From: Chiloscyllium plagiosum
Taxonomy: Eukaryota
Assembly (NCBI RefSeq): GCF_004010195.1
Contig: NC_057754.1
Span: 708,169 to 739,019, forward strand
Direction of reading: 5' to 3'
DNA length: 30,851 bases
Shown: piece after piece, positions 8,689 to 20,322 of the stretch
Layout of the letters: the number at the start of each line of letters is the position of its first letter
How positions within the stretch are numbered: the stretch's first letter is position 1
Notes under the pieces: model-generated
The model's database searches: none
Told to the model about the DNA's origin: nothing
The model's input: the letters and a program-made list of their open reading frames with translations, nothing else
Translations under genes and position numbers: made by a program

Positions 8689-9802
8689 TGTTAGGATCCC
8701 AGCTGATGTAACTACTGGATAGGTCAGATCCCAGACTGAAAACTGCCTCAATAGATCAAATTATTTTTAACGTGGTTGTCTTTTACTGAAACATAAGTGC
8801 ACAATGCTGCAGATTTGTTTTTAACAATAAAACAGAAGTTTATTGTACTAAGGAAATGAAGATAGAATGGAACAAATCAAGCTATTTATACATAACACAA
8901 TTTGAAAGATTTCAAACCCAAAACAAAATAAAATTTATATCTATTTCCACCACCGTCACATTATTGTACTTAAATATCAGGGAAAGTTCCCCTTTCTTTC
9001 ACATGTATACATTTCTTTCAATTCCCAGTCTTGAGAACTTGATGGCCTTTTTCTTAGTTATTCACTCAAATGACCTTAAATTTTCCCAGGTTCAATAATT
9101 CCATCAGAGTTCTAACCAATAAACGCTTCTGGCGTAGAATTTTCAAATTAAGATTCTTACATCGAAGTAACTTATTTCTTAAAACTGTACTAAACTAACT
9201 TCTTTCTCCAGGTCAAACTGAAACTGACCCCAGCCAGGTATTCTGCAAACTGCCCAAAAGCTTTCTTAGGTCTTTCCTAAGCAAGAATAATTTCTTGATT
9301 TTTCTAAACCAAAAAATGAGCTAGTGCCTTTCAATGTTCGCCACCTCTGATTGTAAAACTCTGACATATATAAACAAATTCACATTACCACTCCAGGAGG
9401 GCCTCAGTTACCTGCTCTCTGACACATATTGATTTAATTTGATTTATTATTGTCACATGTACCTAGGTACAGTGAAAAGTTCTATTTTGTGTGCAGATCA
9501 TACTATACAAAGTGCATTAAGGGAATAGAACAGAGCGAGGAATACAATGTTACGGCCGCAAGGAAGGTGCACAGAGAGTGAGATCAATGTTAGGTACAAA
9601 TTTAAGAGTCTAATAACAACAGGGAAGAAGCTGTTCTTGAATCTGTTTGCATTTATTTAAAATCATGATTCATGAAAGATGAAAGAGTTAATTATTAAAT
9701 GTCTTCATGCACATAGACCAAAACCCGCATTCACTTGTTCAAAATCCAAACTCTAAATTAAATGATATTATATATCCAGGTAAATAAATCACAAACCTTA
9801 CA
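8689..9802 (-). mobile_element. Solo LTR (~1.1 kb including a nested insertion) with 4-bp TSD
   Basis: Termini tgttagg...ccttaca (TG...CA, imperfect 7-bp inverted ends) with TSD ttac at 8685-8688 and 9803-9806. It interrupts a C/T-rich tract. Orientation is inferred from tttatt (- strand AATAAA) near 8839. Confidence 0.7.
9428..9650 (-). mobile_element. Short non-LTR 3' end (possibly Rex1/Babar-like) nested in the solo LTR
   Basis: (ttgat)n-type tail followed by ttattgtcacatgtacc...acagtgaaaagt...gaggaatacaatgtt...gggaagaagctgttcttgaatctg; a second copy lies at 10511-10675. The family call is tentative. Confidence 0.55.
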
Positions 9803-10134
9803 TTACAATTTGTCTGCCTCGTTATTCTTTACAAAATTCCTCTTTCAGAACACTGCCCTCATTCTACACCCTTCCCTCTGGTTCACTACTCCTTACCATT
9901 GCACTCTCAGTCCAACTGCCTTCTAAAAACACATTTATCCTCCTACTGCTCTATCACCTCCCTCCAGCTCACTAGTCCCTTACCGGATCATGTCTCTATG
10001 CCACTGCCCCTCTCTGCCCCATTATCGCTTACACATAGCCCTTTCCCCATTGCTCCTTACTACAACCATCCCTCTGCCTCATCTTACTACACTGACCTCT
10101 TCCTGTTCCACCCACTGCATTGCTCTCTTCCTGC

Positions 10135-10420
10135 TCTGGGTCTGGGTCAGTTTACGGGCATCTGGACTAGGGATCTAGGCCAGAAATCTGAAGCAGCAAT
10201 ATAGGAGTCTGTGCCAGTAATTGAGAAATCTGGGACAATTATCCAGGGATCTGGGTCAGTAATACAAGGATCTGGATTGGTAATCCATGAATTTGTATCG
10301 GTAAACCAGGTATCTGGATCGGTAATTCAGAGATCTGGATTAGCAACCCAGGAATCTGGATGAGTTATCCATGAATCTGGGTCGGTGATCCAGGGATCTG
10401 AACCAGTAATCAGAGAAGCT
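10135..10420 (+). repeat. Degenerate 21-bp minisatellite (~13 units, consensus ~GATCTGGGTCAGTAATCCAGG)
   Basis: tctgg-type motif recurs at 10229, 10250, 10271, 10292 and 10313 (period 21). Confidence 0.85.
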
Positions 10421-10510
10421 GAAGTCTATACTACCGCAGTTTGTCATTTGATTGCAGTTTTAAGAAGATCACGGGATTCAAATAAGTAAAATGGTCAACA
10501 GACCAGCACA

Positions 10511-10675
10511 TTTAATTTGATTTGATTCAAACAGATTTATTTTTGTCAAATGTACCTGATACAGTGAAAAGTTTTGTTTTGTGAGCAGTACAGGCAGATT
10601 ATACCATGCAAAGACCATAGAGTGATAGAACAGAGTGAGGAATACACTGTTGCGACTGCAGAGAGGAAGGAGAGG
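10511..10675 (-). mobile_element. Second copy of the short non-LTR 3' end seen at 9428-9650
   Basis: Shared blocks tgtacc...acagtgaaaagt and atagaacagag.gaggaataca. Confidence 0.65.
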
Positions 10676-12296
10676 CTACCTTTTCTGTCTGCTCTGTGTT
10701 GATATGGAAAGCCAGCCTCACAACCAATGTGGTTTAACGTCCTCTGAGGTATGTAAGCAAGTACTTTGACAGAAGTGATTGGCATGGCTGGTAAGATGTT
10801 CAGTGCTTTGGAGGGAGGGCGAGAAGCTGGAAGTACAGTCAAACTGTGAAGGTGGCTGCTCTGGGTATTCCAGCCGAACTAACCAACATACAAGAGTCTC
10901 TGTACAGTCTCTGAACAAGCTGAAGGCAAAAGAATGGAGGGGCCAGGGGTTAGCCACAATCTCAGAAGTGAGCTAAGGTGCACGCTTTATTTAAGTTTGT
11001 TCTTGGGGTGCGAATGTCAATCCTGAATCTGTTTCCATTTCTGAGAAGATAGCACCAGAGGCCTATTTACAGCTGGCCTGTACATCTGGGGCAATAAAGA
11101 ATAAACAAGATGCTGTGGCTAAAACCGCTTGTGTACAGTCTTACACATTGCTCTGGTTGACACCATAGAAACTTACAGCATAGAAAGATGCCATTTGGTC
11201 CAACATACTAGCACTTCAGTCCTAGTTTCCTCCGCTTTCCTCCTTGCTCTTGTCTCAGGCCTTGCTGAACTATGTCTATTGGTGTTTCTTGAATATAGCT
11301 TGAGTTTCACCAAGAGAACCTAACAGTGAGTATTGTCTGCACGCAGGATTAGATTACAAGGTACAAGTGGGCCAGGTTCTCTGTCAAGACAGCTCAGAAT
11401 TGCGGGTTAATTATGATAACCCTCCTCCTGCACAACCCCTGTAGCTCCACAAATGTTTCCTTTGCAAGCATTTCTCCCGCTCCAGCTCTACGGTTGTGTC
11501 CACCTGTCCTGCCCTTTCAGGCAGTCTATTCCAATCTGTGAACCAGTACCACGAAAAGAAATGGCTATCTAAATGCTGAGCCAGTTACCACGCTGGTGCC
11601 ATTTGGGGGAAGGGAGCCTGTCGCCCCCAAATGCTGCGGTCTGTAGATGTAACTCTTGTCCACACAATGCGGTTAACTCCATGCATTGACTTGTGCAAAT
11701 TATTGTACAGAGCCCCACCGCTACCTCCGCAGCAACAAACACGACCTAGCGAGTTTCACCCACATCCCGAGAGCAAATCGAGAGAAAGAATGACTGAGAT
11801 AAGGCGAGTACTACGAAAACAATCCTCCTCTGCCTTTACTCTCACATTCACACTATTGTTTCTTTTCCGGCCTTTTTCACCTTCTCATCTCACAGCCAAC
11901 CCACTGCCTGGAGATTCCTAACTTCCTGCCAACTGGGGCAGAGTGAGGGGCAAATGTTGTTTGTGCCTCAGGATCGGATGGAGACTTCTTGTCCATGACC
12001 AAATCTCAGCCCAAATCCCCAAAAGGAAGACGGCAAGATTTTAAACCCCTGCACCCACGGTTGTTCCTAGTTTGAGGCAACATTGTGCAAAATTGTTTTT
12101 GGACATTAATGTAACAAAGATGAGATGCAATGTCCCAGGCCAACATTTATTCCTCAACAGTTGAAACTATTTTGTAGTGACAGCTTTCGTTTCTGAGGGC
12201 CTTTAACCCAGTGAAATGTTGCAACATGCTTAATCCTTCATATCCTTAACTATCGCCCTTAGGTCGTTTCAGGTGCTGTATAGATGCAAGGTCCTC

Positions 12297-12765
12297 TTAT
12301 AAGACCATAAGATGTAGGAGCAGAAGCAGGCCATCTGACCCATCAGGTCTGCTTTGCCATTTCGTGAGATCATAGCTGATCTGATAATCCTCACCTCCAT
12401 TTCCTGCCTTTTCCCCATACACTTGATTTCCTTACTGATTAAAAATCTGTTGATCTCAGCCTTGAATATCGTTAATGGCCCAGCCTTGACCACCATCTGC
12501 AGTGTATAATTCCACAGATTCACTACCTTCTAGGAGAAGGAGTTTCTCCTTAGGTCTGAGTTAAATGTACAATTACAACATTTCAAGGGCATTTGGACAG
12601 TTCCGTGCTGCATGAATCTTTGACTCTATTACCCTTTGTTCTGAGACTATTTTCTGGTCTAGACTGTCCTACAAGGAGAAGCAAGTTCTTTGTATCTACC
12701 CTGTCAAGTCCTCTAAGAATCTTCTATGTTTCAGTACTGTCACTTCTCATTCTTTTATATTCCAT
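12297..12765 (-). mobile_element. CR1-type LINE 3' end
   Basis: ataagaccataagatgtaggagcagaagcaggccat...; ORF 12269-12523 (MNLWNYTLQMVVKAGPLTIFKAEINRFLISKEIK) is the CR1 ORF2 C-terminus. Confidence 0.85.
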
Positions 12766-13039
12766 TTCCTCATGGCCTGATATACTTAAATTCCCATTGT
12801 TCTTAATCTCTCTATACCCCCTCAGAACCACTCCTTAAAACCTACATCGATCATCACCTCCTTGTGAAAGTTTCAGGAGAATGCTGTCCCAAACACTCTT
12901 TACTCATGTACTAAAATTAGAGTTTATTTCATACAGTCTTGAGAGAGCATTTGGCAGTCATAGAAAATTCCTTATTTCCATAAACAAGTCTGTTATCTCA
13001 TTCAAGCACATGTTAAAATGGCGTTGACCGCTGATCTAG

Positions 13040-13740
13040 TCTCTTTGAAAGATCTAATTAGTCCAGTCTTGCCCCTCACTCTCTTCCCCTACAGCTCTCG
13101 ACAATTTCTTCCTTTCCTGGTATTTCTCTGATTCCTCCCTTTTGAACATTCCTGTTGAAACTGCTCCCACTGCTCTTTCAGGCAATGCACCCAGATCACA
13201 ATAACTCTCTGCTTCAAATAAAACATTCTCCTTATCTCCCCCTCGGGTCCATTCCTGATTCTCCTCAATCTATGTCCCTCTGGTGACCTACCTTCCTGCC
13301 TCTGGGACAGTTTGTCCCTCATTGACTCAATCCAGCAGCCCCCCACAACCCCCCCCCCCCCCCCCCCGATTCCAAACACTTCGATTCAATCTCTCCCCGA
13401 ACCTTCAAATAAAATACTGTGGAATCTGGAAATCTGAAACAAACAGAGATAATGCAGGAGAAGCTCAGCAGGTCTGGCAACATTTTTGGAGAGAGAAACA
13501 GGGTGAATATTTCAAGTCTAGAATGGCTCCTCTTAATAAGTCATTCTGATCTCAAAATATTTACTGTCCACAGATGCTGCCAGACTTGCTGAGTTTCTCC
13601 AACATTCTCTGTACTTGTCCCATCTCACTGCAACCACCCTCACCCTTCTGTGTTCTGAGGACCATTCCAGTGTCACCAGTCTCTCTCCACATTCACTGAA
13701 GACCCTGGTCCCATTCCAGTAAATCACTTGAAGGGTTCCT
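13040..13740 (-). mobile_element. Old CR1-type 3' end split by a PLE-type insertion
   Basis: Collinear with 5125-5500. The ORF 13089-13379 tail FYLKQRVIVIWVHCLK resembles the CR1 FxQRVVxxWNxLP motif. It resumes near 13645 (cttctgtgttctgagg). Confidence 0.6.
13407..13612. mobile_element. Older, diverged Penelope-like inverted pseudo-LTR insertion
   Basis: Imperfect inverted repeat: ggagaagctcagcaggtctggcaacat...gaatggctcctctt / aataagtcattc...atgctgccagacttgctgagtttctcc. It resembles the element at 2828-3051. Confidence 0.65.
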
Positions 13741-13947
13741 GTCATTGATTTCATTCAATTTCTTAGTAAACGTCTTGAGGCTGAGCCACACTGCTGTTGT
13801 GACTTTAATATTGTATTTGATCTTGTATTGAGCTTTCAAAATATCCACACTGTCACTGAGGATCAGGTCTGTAGCACTTTCCATCTCAAAGGGCTAATTT
13901 AAAACATGTGATTTGTTGATAGTTACTCTGGTAATAATGTTCATGCA

Positions 13948-14445
13948 GCCATGCTGGCTATGAACAGATCCAGGTAGTGGGCTGTCAAGAGGGACGTACC
14001 TGCTGACTGCCTGCCCCTCTTGCACAGTTATATTTGCGCCCAGATATCCTTGGAGAGGGAGCACGCGGTGTTGATACCTTTAGAGAGATGTGGGCACCAT
14101 GGGGATACAGTGCTTTACTTCGCCCTCCAATTCCATTTTGATTTAGCCCCTTCCCTCTCTCCCTACCCTTTCCCTCACTTTTGATGGTTTGTATTACCCA
14201 TAATAGGCTTTGCTAGTAAATATTTGATTGGCTACATGGGTGATTTACTGGTGGTATTTCAAAGAAAAAAATAGTGGTGGGAAAGTCACTCAGTTGTGTG
14301 TGATAGCACTTCTGTGTAGAGAAAAATATTACCTATGTGCATCATTTGTCGCTAGAACTTGACTTTCCTTGTGTGTGTGCTGAATATGAGTGAGTACTTC
14401 TGTTGTGAGTACTTTCTGTGTATTTGCGAATAAACATTTTTACAA
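13948..14445 (+). mobile_element. Tx1/L1-clade 3' end with a different, longer 3'UTR
   Basis: LAMNRSR*WAVKRDVPADCLPLLHSYICAQISLEREHAV..DTFREMWAPWGIQCFTSPSNSILI* is homologous to the copies at 1007 and 1665; AATAAA at about 14429. Confidence 0.7.
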
Positions 14446-14612
14446 AGGTGTTTTTAAGAGAGATACATGTTCTTGATTAATAAGGGGATCAAGGGTTATG
14501 GGGAGAAGTCAGGAAAATGGAATTGGGAAACACAGTAGCTACAATCAAATGGCAACACAGACTTGATGGGCCAAAATGGCCTAATTCTCCTCCTATATTG
14601 TATGGTCTTATG
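14446..14612 (+). mobile_element. CR1-type 3' terminal fragment
   Basis: aaggggatcaagggttatggggagaag...gacttgatgggccaaaatggcctaattctcctcctatattgtatggtcttatgg is the reverse-complement homologue of 12297-12460. Confidence 0.8.
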
Positions 14613-14619
14613 GAAGGGT

Positions 14620-14800
14620 CTTAACATTCTCCCTACAGTGTGGGGCCAAGAGCTGGATATAAACCTCTGGCTGGGGCCTAACCAGTGTGTATAAAGGTTC
14701 AGTGCTAACATCCTTTCTCTTGTACTCCATGCCTTTGTTTCTAACTTTCAGAATCCCGTATGCTTTCTTATCTTGCTCTGACACCTTCAAACATCTCCGG
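14620..14800 (-). mobile_element. CR1 ORF2 fragment
   Basis: ORF 14608-14856 reads KKAYGILKVRNKGMEYKRKDVSTEPLYTLVRPQPEVYIQLLAPH. Confidence 0.7.
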
Positions 14801-14944
14801 GAGTCAGAAACTGAGGATGCAGTCTCCTTGAGCTTTTGATAGATACGTTTCCCCAAGAAGTCTCGTTTACAACAATGCCAGCAACTGACTGGTCAAAACT
14901 AGCAGTTCCCCGTATCCCACACTGCAAACCCCTCAGAGTTAATG

Positions 14945-15260
14945 TACAGGTCTGGCCACCAAATTAACTTTTAAAATATAGGCACACTGGAAAAGGCGTA
15001 AGAAAGGATTCATAACGACATTAACAGAACAAAGAACTATCAGCAAAAGCTGAACAAATTGAAGCTCAGTTCCTTAAAAAAAGTAGAAACTGAGAGATGA
15101 CCCAATTGAGATCTTTAAAATTGTGAAAGGGTGCAATAGGTTAGATGTGAAGTCCATGTTTCCTATAGTGCGGAACTCAAAACCAGCAGCAGCAATATAA
15201 GACAATCACTAGTTAATCCATGCAGTAATTCAAGATCAACTTTTTTACCCAAACAGTAAT
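14945..15260 (+). mobile_element. Decayed CR1 ORF2 C-terminal fragment
   Basis: gtacaggtctggccacc...cactggaaaaggcgtaagaaaggattca...ctgagagatgacccaattgagatctttaaaattgtgaaaggg (LRDDPIEIFKIVKG). Confidence 0.6.
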
Positions 15261-15406
15261 CTTTGTTCCCCCAACCCCCAGATACACCTCAATATATCTC
15301 CCATTAACCTTGCTGCACTCAGGAAAACAGCCCCAGTTTCTCCACTCTCTCCACATTCACTGAACGCTGTGATCCCTGGTAGCTGCCTTTCTGGGGAAGG
15401 TAGTTT

Positions 15407-15733
15407 GGGGGAGGCTGTGGCTTGGTGATCATGTTATTGGGCTAATAATCTAGAGTCCTGGGGACTTGGGTTCAAATCAATAAAATTCAGGAGTAAAAAC
15501 GTAGCTTACTGGCGACCATTAACCACTGCCGATATGTTGTTAAAAACCTGCGTGGCTCATTAATATCCCATGAGGGAGTGAAATATGCTGTTCTTAACTG
15601 GTCTGGTCGACATGTTACTTTAGACCCACGGCAATGTCTCTTCATTGTGTTCTGGATAATTAAGGATGGGCAATAATTCCTGACAGTGCAGCCAATGATG
15701 CTCACATGCAATGTGTGAATTTGAATAAAGAAA
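15407..15733 (+). mobile_element. tRNA-derived SINE
   Basis: A-box-like gtggcttggtg, B-box gggttcaaatc, body matching the reverse of 16301-16632, and tail gatgggcaataa...gaataaagaaa. Confidence 0.8.
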
Positions 15734-15736
15734 CAT

Positions 15737-17640
15737 AGCTGAGGGTATGGAATTCAGGAAAAGTGACTGTGAGGAACTTGCACAATTTGACAAAGGAAGT
15801 GGAGAGGTATTGGAGGCTTTGTCGGGGTTAAAAACAGAAAAATCTCCTGGCCTGGATGAATTGCATCCCAGGAAGGTGAGGCAGAAAATTGCAGGGGTTC
15901 TGACATAAATTTTTAATTCTCCTCTGGCCACGGGAGAAGTACCAGGGGATGGAGGACAGCTAATGCGGTTCTATTTTTTAAGAGGGGTGGTCGAGATGAA
16001 CCAGGAAATTACAGATTGGTGAGTCTTATTTCTGCGTTAGGAAAACTATCGGAGAAAATTCTGAAGGAGTGAATTAATATCCACTTGGAAAGACATGGGT
16101 CAATTAGGGATAGTCAGCATGGCTTTGTCAGAGGGAAGTCATGCCTAACAAATTTGTTCGAACGTTTAGAAAATGTGATCAAGTGTGTGGATGAGGGAAG
16201 TTAAGTTAATGTAGTTTATTTGGATTTTAGCAAAGCCTTTGAAAAGGTTCAATGTGTAAGACTGATTGAGGAGGTTAAAGCATATTGAATTGAGGGAAAC
16301 TTCTTTATTCATTCACGGGATGAATAGCCAAGCCAGCAGTTATTGCCCATAGGGCAGTTGAGAGTCAACCACATTGCTGTGGGTCTGGAGTCATGTGTAG
16401 GCCCTACCAGGTAAGGGTGGCAGTTTCCTTCCCTAAAGGACATGAGTGAACCAGACGGTTTTTCTGACAATCGGCAATGGTTCTCTCATCATTGTTAGAC
16501 TCTAATTCCAGATTTTTATTGGATTCAAATTCCACTATCTGCAATGGCAGGATTTGAACCCAGGTCCCAGAACATTACCTGGGTCTCAGGATTAACAATC
16601 CAGTGATAATATCACTTGGCCATTGCCTCCCCATGGTGAGATGGTGATATAACTTGGTAAGATAGATCAGAAACTGACTTAGTAAAATGACATAAAAGGT
16701 AGTGGTAGAAGGCTGTTTGAGTATTGGAGGCTGGTATCCAGCAGCGTACCACAGAGATTAGTACTAAGACCCTTATTTTTTGTTCTATACATAAATGATA
16801 TTGATGAAAATGTGGAGGGAATGTTAAGCAAATGTACAGATGACACCAAGATTGGTAGGGCAGTTAAGTGAAGAAGATGGTTGTAGGTTACAGTAAGATA
16901 TAGATGAGTTGGTCATTGGACAGAGCAATAGCAAATGGTATTTAATCCTGATAAGTGTGAGATGTTGTACTTTGGAAGAAGAATCAAGATGAGGGAGTAT
17001 TTAATGAATGCCAGGACACGGGGTAGTTCAGAGGAACAAAGATCTTGGGGTAATTATTCACAAATCCCTGAGGTCAACAGAGCATGGGAGTAGGATAGTT
17101 AAGGCAACGCATGGGTCACTTTCATCCATCGTGGCGTAGAGTAGAAGAGCAAGGAGGTAATGTTGGAGTTGTACAGAGCATTGGTTAGGCCCCAGCTGGA
17201 CTACTATGCGCAGTTCTGGTTACCTCGCCACAGGAATGATGTGATAGCATGAGAGGGGGTATAGAGGAGGTTCACCAGGATGTTGCCTGGGATGGAGAGA
17301 GTTATAAGGAGAGACTAGGTAGGCTTGGATTGTTTAAAGTACAGGTCAGTCATGAGACGGCATAGTTTTAGAGTAAGGGACTGGAGATTCAGAGGGGATT
17401 TGAGAAATAGCATTTCCACACAGAAGGTTGTGGAATCTGAAATGTATTGCCTGGGAAGGTAATGCAAGCTGGGAGCCTTACAACCTTTAAAAAAATACTT
17501 GCATGAGCACTTCAAGTATCATAACATTCAAGGATTTGGACAAGTGCAGGAAATTGGGATTAGAGCATCTTCAGTGGTAATTATATCAGTGCAGAGACGA
17601 TGGGCTGAAAGGCCTTTTCTGCACTGTATGAATGTATGAG
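15737..17640 (+). mobile_element. 5'-truncated CR1 LINE (~1.55 kb of RT domain plus 3'UTR), defective; nested SINE at 16301-16632
   Basis: EVLEALSGLKTEKSPGLDELHPR, WRTANAV, PGNYRLVSL, SQHGFVRGKSCLTNL, VVYLDFSKAFEKV, KCTDDTK (decayed FADD), LYRALVRPQLDYYAQFWLP; ends gggctgaaaggcctt...tgtatgaatgtatga. Confidence 0.95.
16301..16632 (-). mobile_element. tRNA-derived SINE nested in CR1
   Basis: ctttattcattcacgggatg tail ... ggatttgaaccc (reverse B-box) ... ggccattgcctcccc head. It interrupts the CR1 frame between gggaaactt and aacttggtaag. Confidence 0.85.
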
Positions 17641-18647
17641 GGCGAGTGGAAAGAAAGGGTATGGTGGGTAGTGAGCACTTTGAGTCTGGAGAGGAGAATC
17701 GCTGTCAGTCATTAAGCTGAAAGCTGCTTTGGATTCTCCTTTGTTTAGCTGATTGTAGGTGTGTGTGTGAGGCTTGAAATGGATGCTTTGTACAGCCAAT
17801 CCAGCTCCTTCTCACCTAGTCTGGGGACAGTAGCAAAGTAATCTGGCCCAGATTGTGGATTCAGATAATGAAATCCTTTCTCCTACAGCTCTTTAATCCT
17901 AATCGAATGCCCTGGTGACTGCGCTACGGTCTGTGGAATATACTGGGACACAGGAGATGCAGGAGGCCACTGAGTCTCTGCTCCACACTATCAATCAGAT
18001 CATGGCCACTCTGTGCCTGAACATCATTCTACCTTCCTTGCTTCCTTAGTCCTTCCAACCCATACCCAACAACAACTTACAGAGAACAGGAAACATTTAG
18101 CCAGCTCAATTTAAAAGCAAATTCAGTAAAGCTGCAGTCTGAATGACTGGAACACAGCAGCTTCACTCCATTTCCCAGTTTTAAGCAAAACATTATTTAT
18201 TAACAATCTGTACCTTAAACAGAAGGCAGGCTTGATGTCACTCATCACCAATTTAAAAATTCAAAGTCCCTTTTAAGATATCCTTTGTGCATTTTACCTT
18301 ACAAGTGCTTGTAACACAATTGTTCTCAGTTCATAGAATCTGCTTCAGTAGTGGTAAAATGTAGGCCAGTCGGCCCATCAAGCCTGCTGAATCCTTCCTT
18401 TACTATACCAATGCCATATTTCTGCTGATCCCCTCCCCACCCCATTACTACCAATCAACACCTTTAATTTGAGAGTCTCGATGCCTTTTGACTGACAGTT
18501 CTATTCACAGACCTCTCTGTATGCAAGAGATTTCATTCCTTTGCATTCTTTACCCATCAAAATAAAGCAACACCTCATACCTTCCACTGCTCTCACTGCT
18601 ATTAGGAGATGATTTTCTGACTATTTCACTGTGAGGATTTTAATCAG

Positions 18648-18720
18648 ACTAAAGAGAGAGAAGTAATTTCTAGAGCAGCTTTCACCATTGCAGAAAGTCC
18701 AGAAATTTATGCAGAGCAAT
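18648..18720 (+). other. Candidate exon TKEREVISRAAFTIAESPEIYAEQ (unidentified)
   Basis: ttttaatcAG acceptor, t|GTGAGA donor, one open frame; unique-looking sequence. Confidence 0.25.
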
Positions 18721-18744
18721 GTGAGAATGACCACTTCATATATT

Positions 18745-19660
18745 TTTAGTGATATTGGTTTGGCGAAAAATAGTGGCCGCTAGACACCAGGGCCTGTATC
18801 CACAGTGGGATCTTTTATGCCACCTTCCTGCATCCTCCCCTCACACAAGGGATCTCAGTTTAATGTTGCATCTGAAAATGGCACCTCCGACAGCGCAGCA
18901 TTCCCTCAGCACTGACCCTCCGACAGCATGGCACTCCCTCAATACTGACCCTCTGACAGTGCAATGCTTCCTCAGCACTGACCCTCCGACAGTGCGGTGC
19001 TCCCTCAGCACTGACCCTCCGACAGTGCGATGCTTCCTCAGCACTGACCCTCCGATAGTGCCCACTCCCTTAGTACTGATATTTTGACAATGTGGGGCTC
19101 CCTCAGCACTGACCCTCTGACAACACAGTGCTCCCTCTGTACTGACTCTCTGACAATACCACACTCCCTCAGTAGTGACCCTCAAACAGTGCAGCAATCC
19201 CTCAGCACTGACCCTCTGACAGTTTGGCACTTTCTCAGCACTAACCCTCTGACAGCGCAGCTCTATCTCAGCACTGACCCTCCAACAGTTTGGCATTCCC
19301 TCAGCGCTGACCCTCCAACAGTTTGGCATTCCCTCAGCACTGACTCTCCAACAGTTCATTGCTCCCTCAGTAATGACCCTCTGGCAGTGAAGTGCTCCCT
19401 CAGCACTGACCCTCCAATAGTGTGGTGCTCCCTCAGCACTGACCCTCCGACAGTGTGACACTCCCTGAGCACTGATCCTCCGACAGTGCAGCTCTCCCTC
19501 AGCACTGACCCTCCAACAGAGCAGCACTCCCTCACACTACCAGTGTTGCACTCGCTCAGTACAGGCCCTGTGATAATGCGGAGCTCCCTCAATGCTGGCA
19601 CTCGATAGTGGCCTAGATTACGCACTCCTGTCTCTGAAAAAGGAGTTGTGCCCCTACTAT
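18745..19660 (-). mobile_element. Deu-domain SINE (SacSINE1/AmnSINE1-like) with an internally expanded minisatellite
   Basis: tgggatcttttatgccacc...tcagtttaatgttgcatctgaaaatggcacctccgacagcgcagca...ccctcagcactg on the left and cctagatta...ctctg on the right match the recalled reverse Deu-domain consensus. Confidence 0.65.
18884..19605. repeat. 33-bp minisatellite (~21-22 units, CTCCCTCAGCACTGACCCTCCGACAGTGCAGCA)
   Basis: ctgaccctc recurs every 33 nt (18912, 18945, ...); this explains the periodic 11-aa ORFs on both strands. Confidence 0.95.
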
Positions 19661-20322
19661 GGTATTTGTTCAATATTACTGAATTAGTTAGAAGCTGCTC
19701 TGGGATGCTGAAGATCATGAAAACTATCACATGGAGACACTTTCCTATCTTCTGAATAAGCTATTACTTCTTTGTTCACCTAAAACTACCGATCAGTGTG
19801 CAGTCCCAAGGCCTTCCAACCTCTGACTAGTGCCTGCCTAGCCGTACCACTATCCTTTCTCAAACACTTCAAGACAAGAATTAAACCCTACAGGCCTGGA
19901 GTGTTAGAGATTTGCCGCACTTGCCTTGTAGAGGAACATCTTCAGTATTTCCACTTATTGACTGCACGAGGCCATTCACAATTAACTTTAACTAAGGTGT
20001 ATGTTAATCCTTCACTGTAGGGCACTCTGAGAGCTGTGATATACCCACTAATCAGGCTCTGTGCCAATTGCACTGACGTACCTTTGCCTGCACTTTCTGA
20101 GCCTTCTGCTTGGCCTCTGCTGCTCCGGCCCCGAAACTCTCCCCTCTAAATTCCACAGCATCACTCTCCTTTGCTGTTTTCTCAAACATCTCTGGTAAAC
20201 TCACGAGGATGGTGGATAACTCGCGGTACTCTCACTGAAACTGTTACTCGATTCCTACCCCACCCCCTCTCAAAACGTTATTACAAACTCACTGTTGTAC
20301 CTCTTTGAACTGTCATTGCCAG

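Noticed and set aside
11600..11633. 10-bp inverted repeat catttggggg...cccccaaatg
   Set aside because: Short, low complexity, no TSD and no second copy; not enough to call an element or structured RNA.
15407..15480. tRNA-like A and B boxes
   Set aside because: SINE head, no cloverleaf; not a tRNA gene.
18841..19527. Longest ORF (228 aa, Cys-rich periodic)
   Set aside because: Entirely within the 33-bp minisatellite; open because the period is a multiple of 3.
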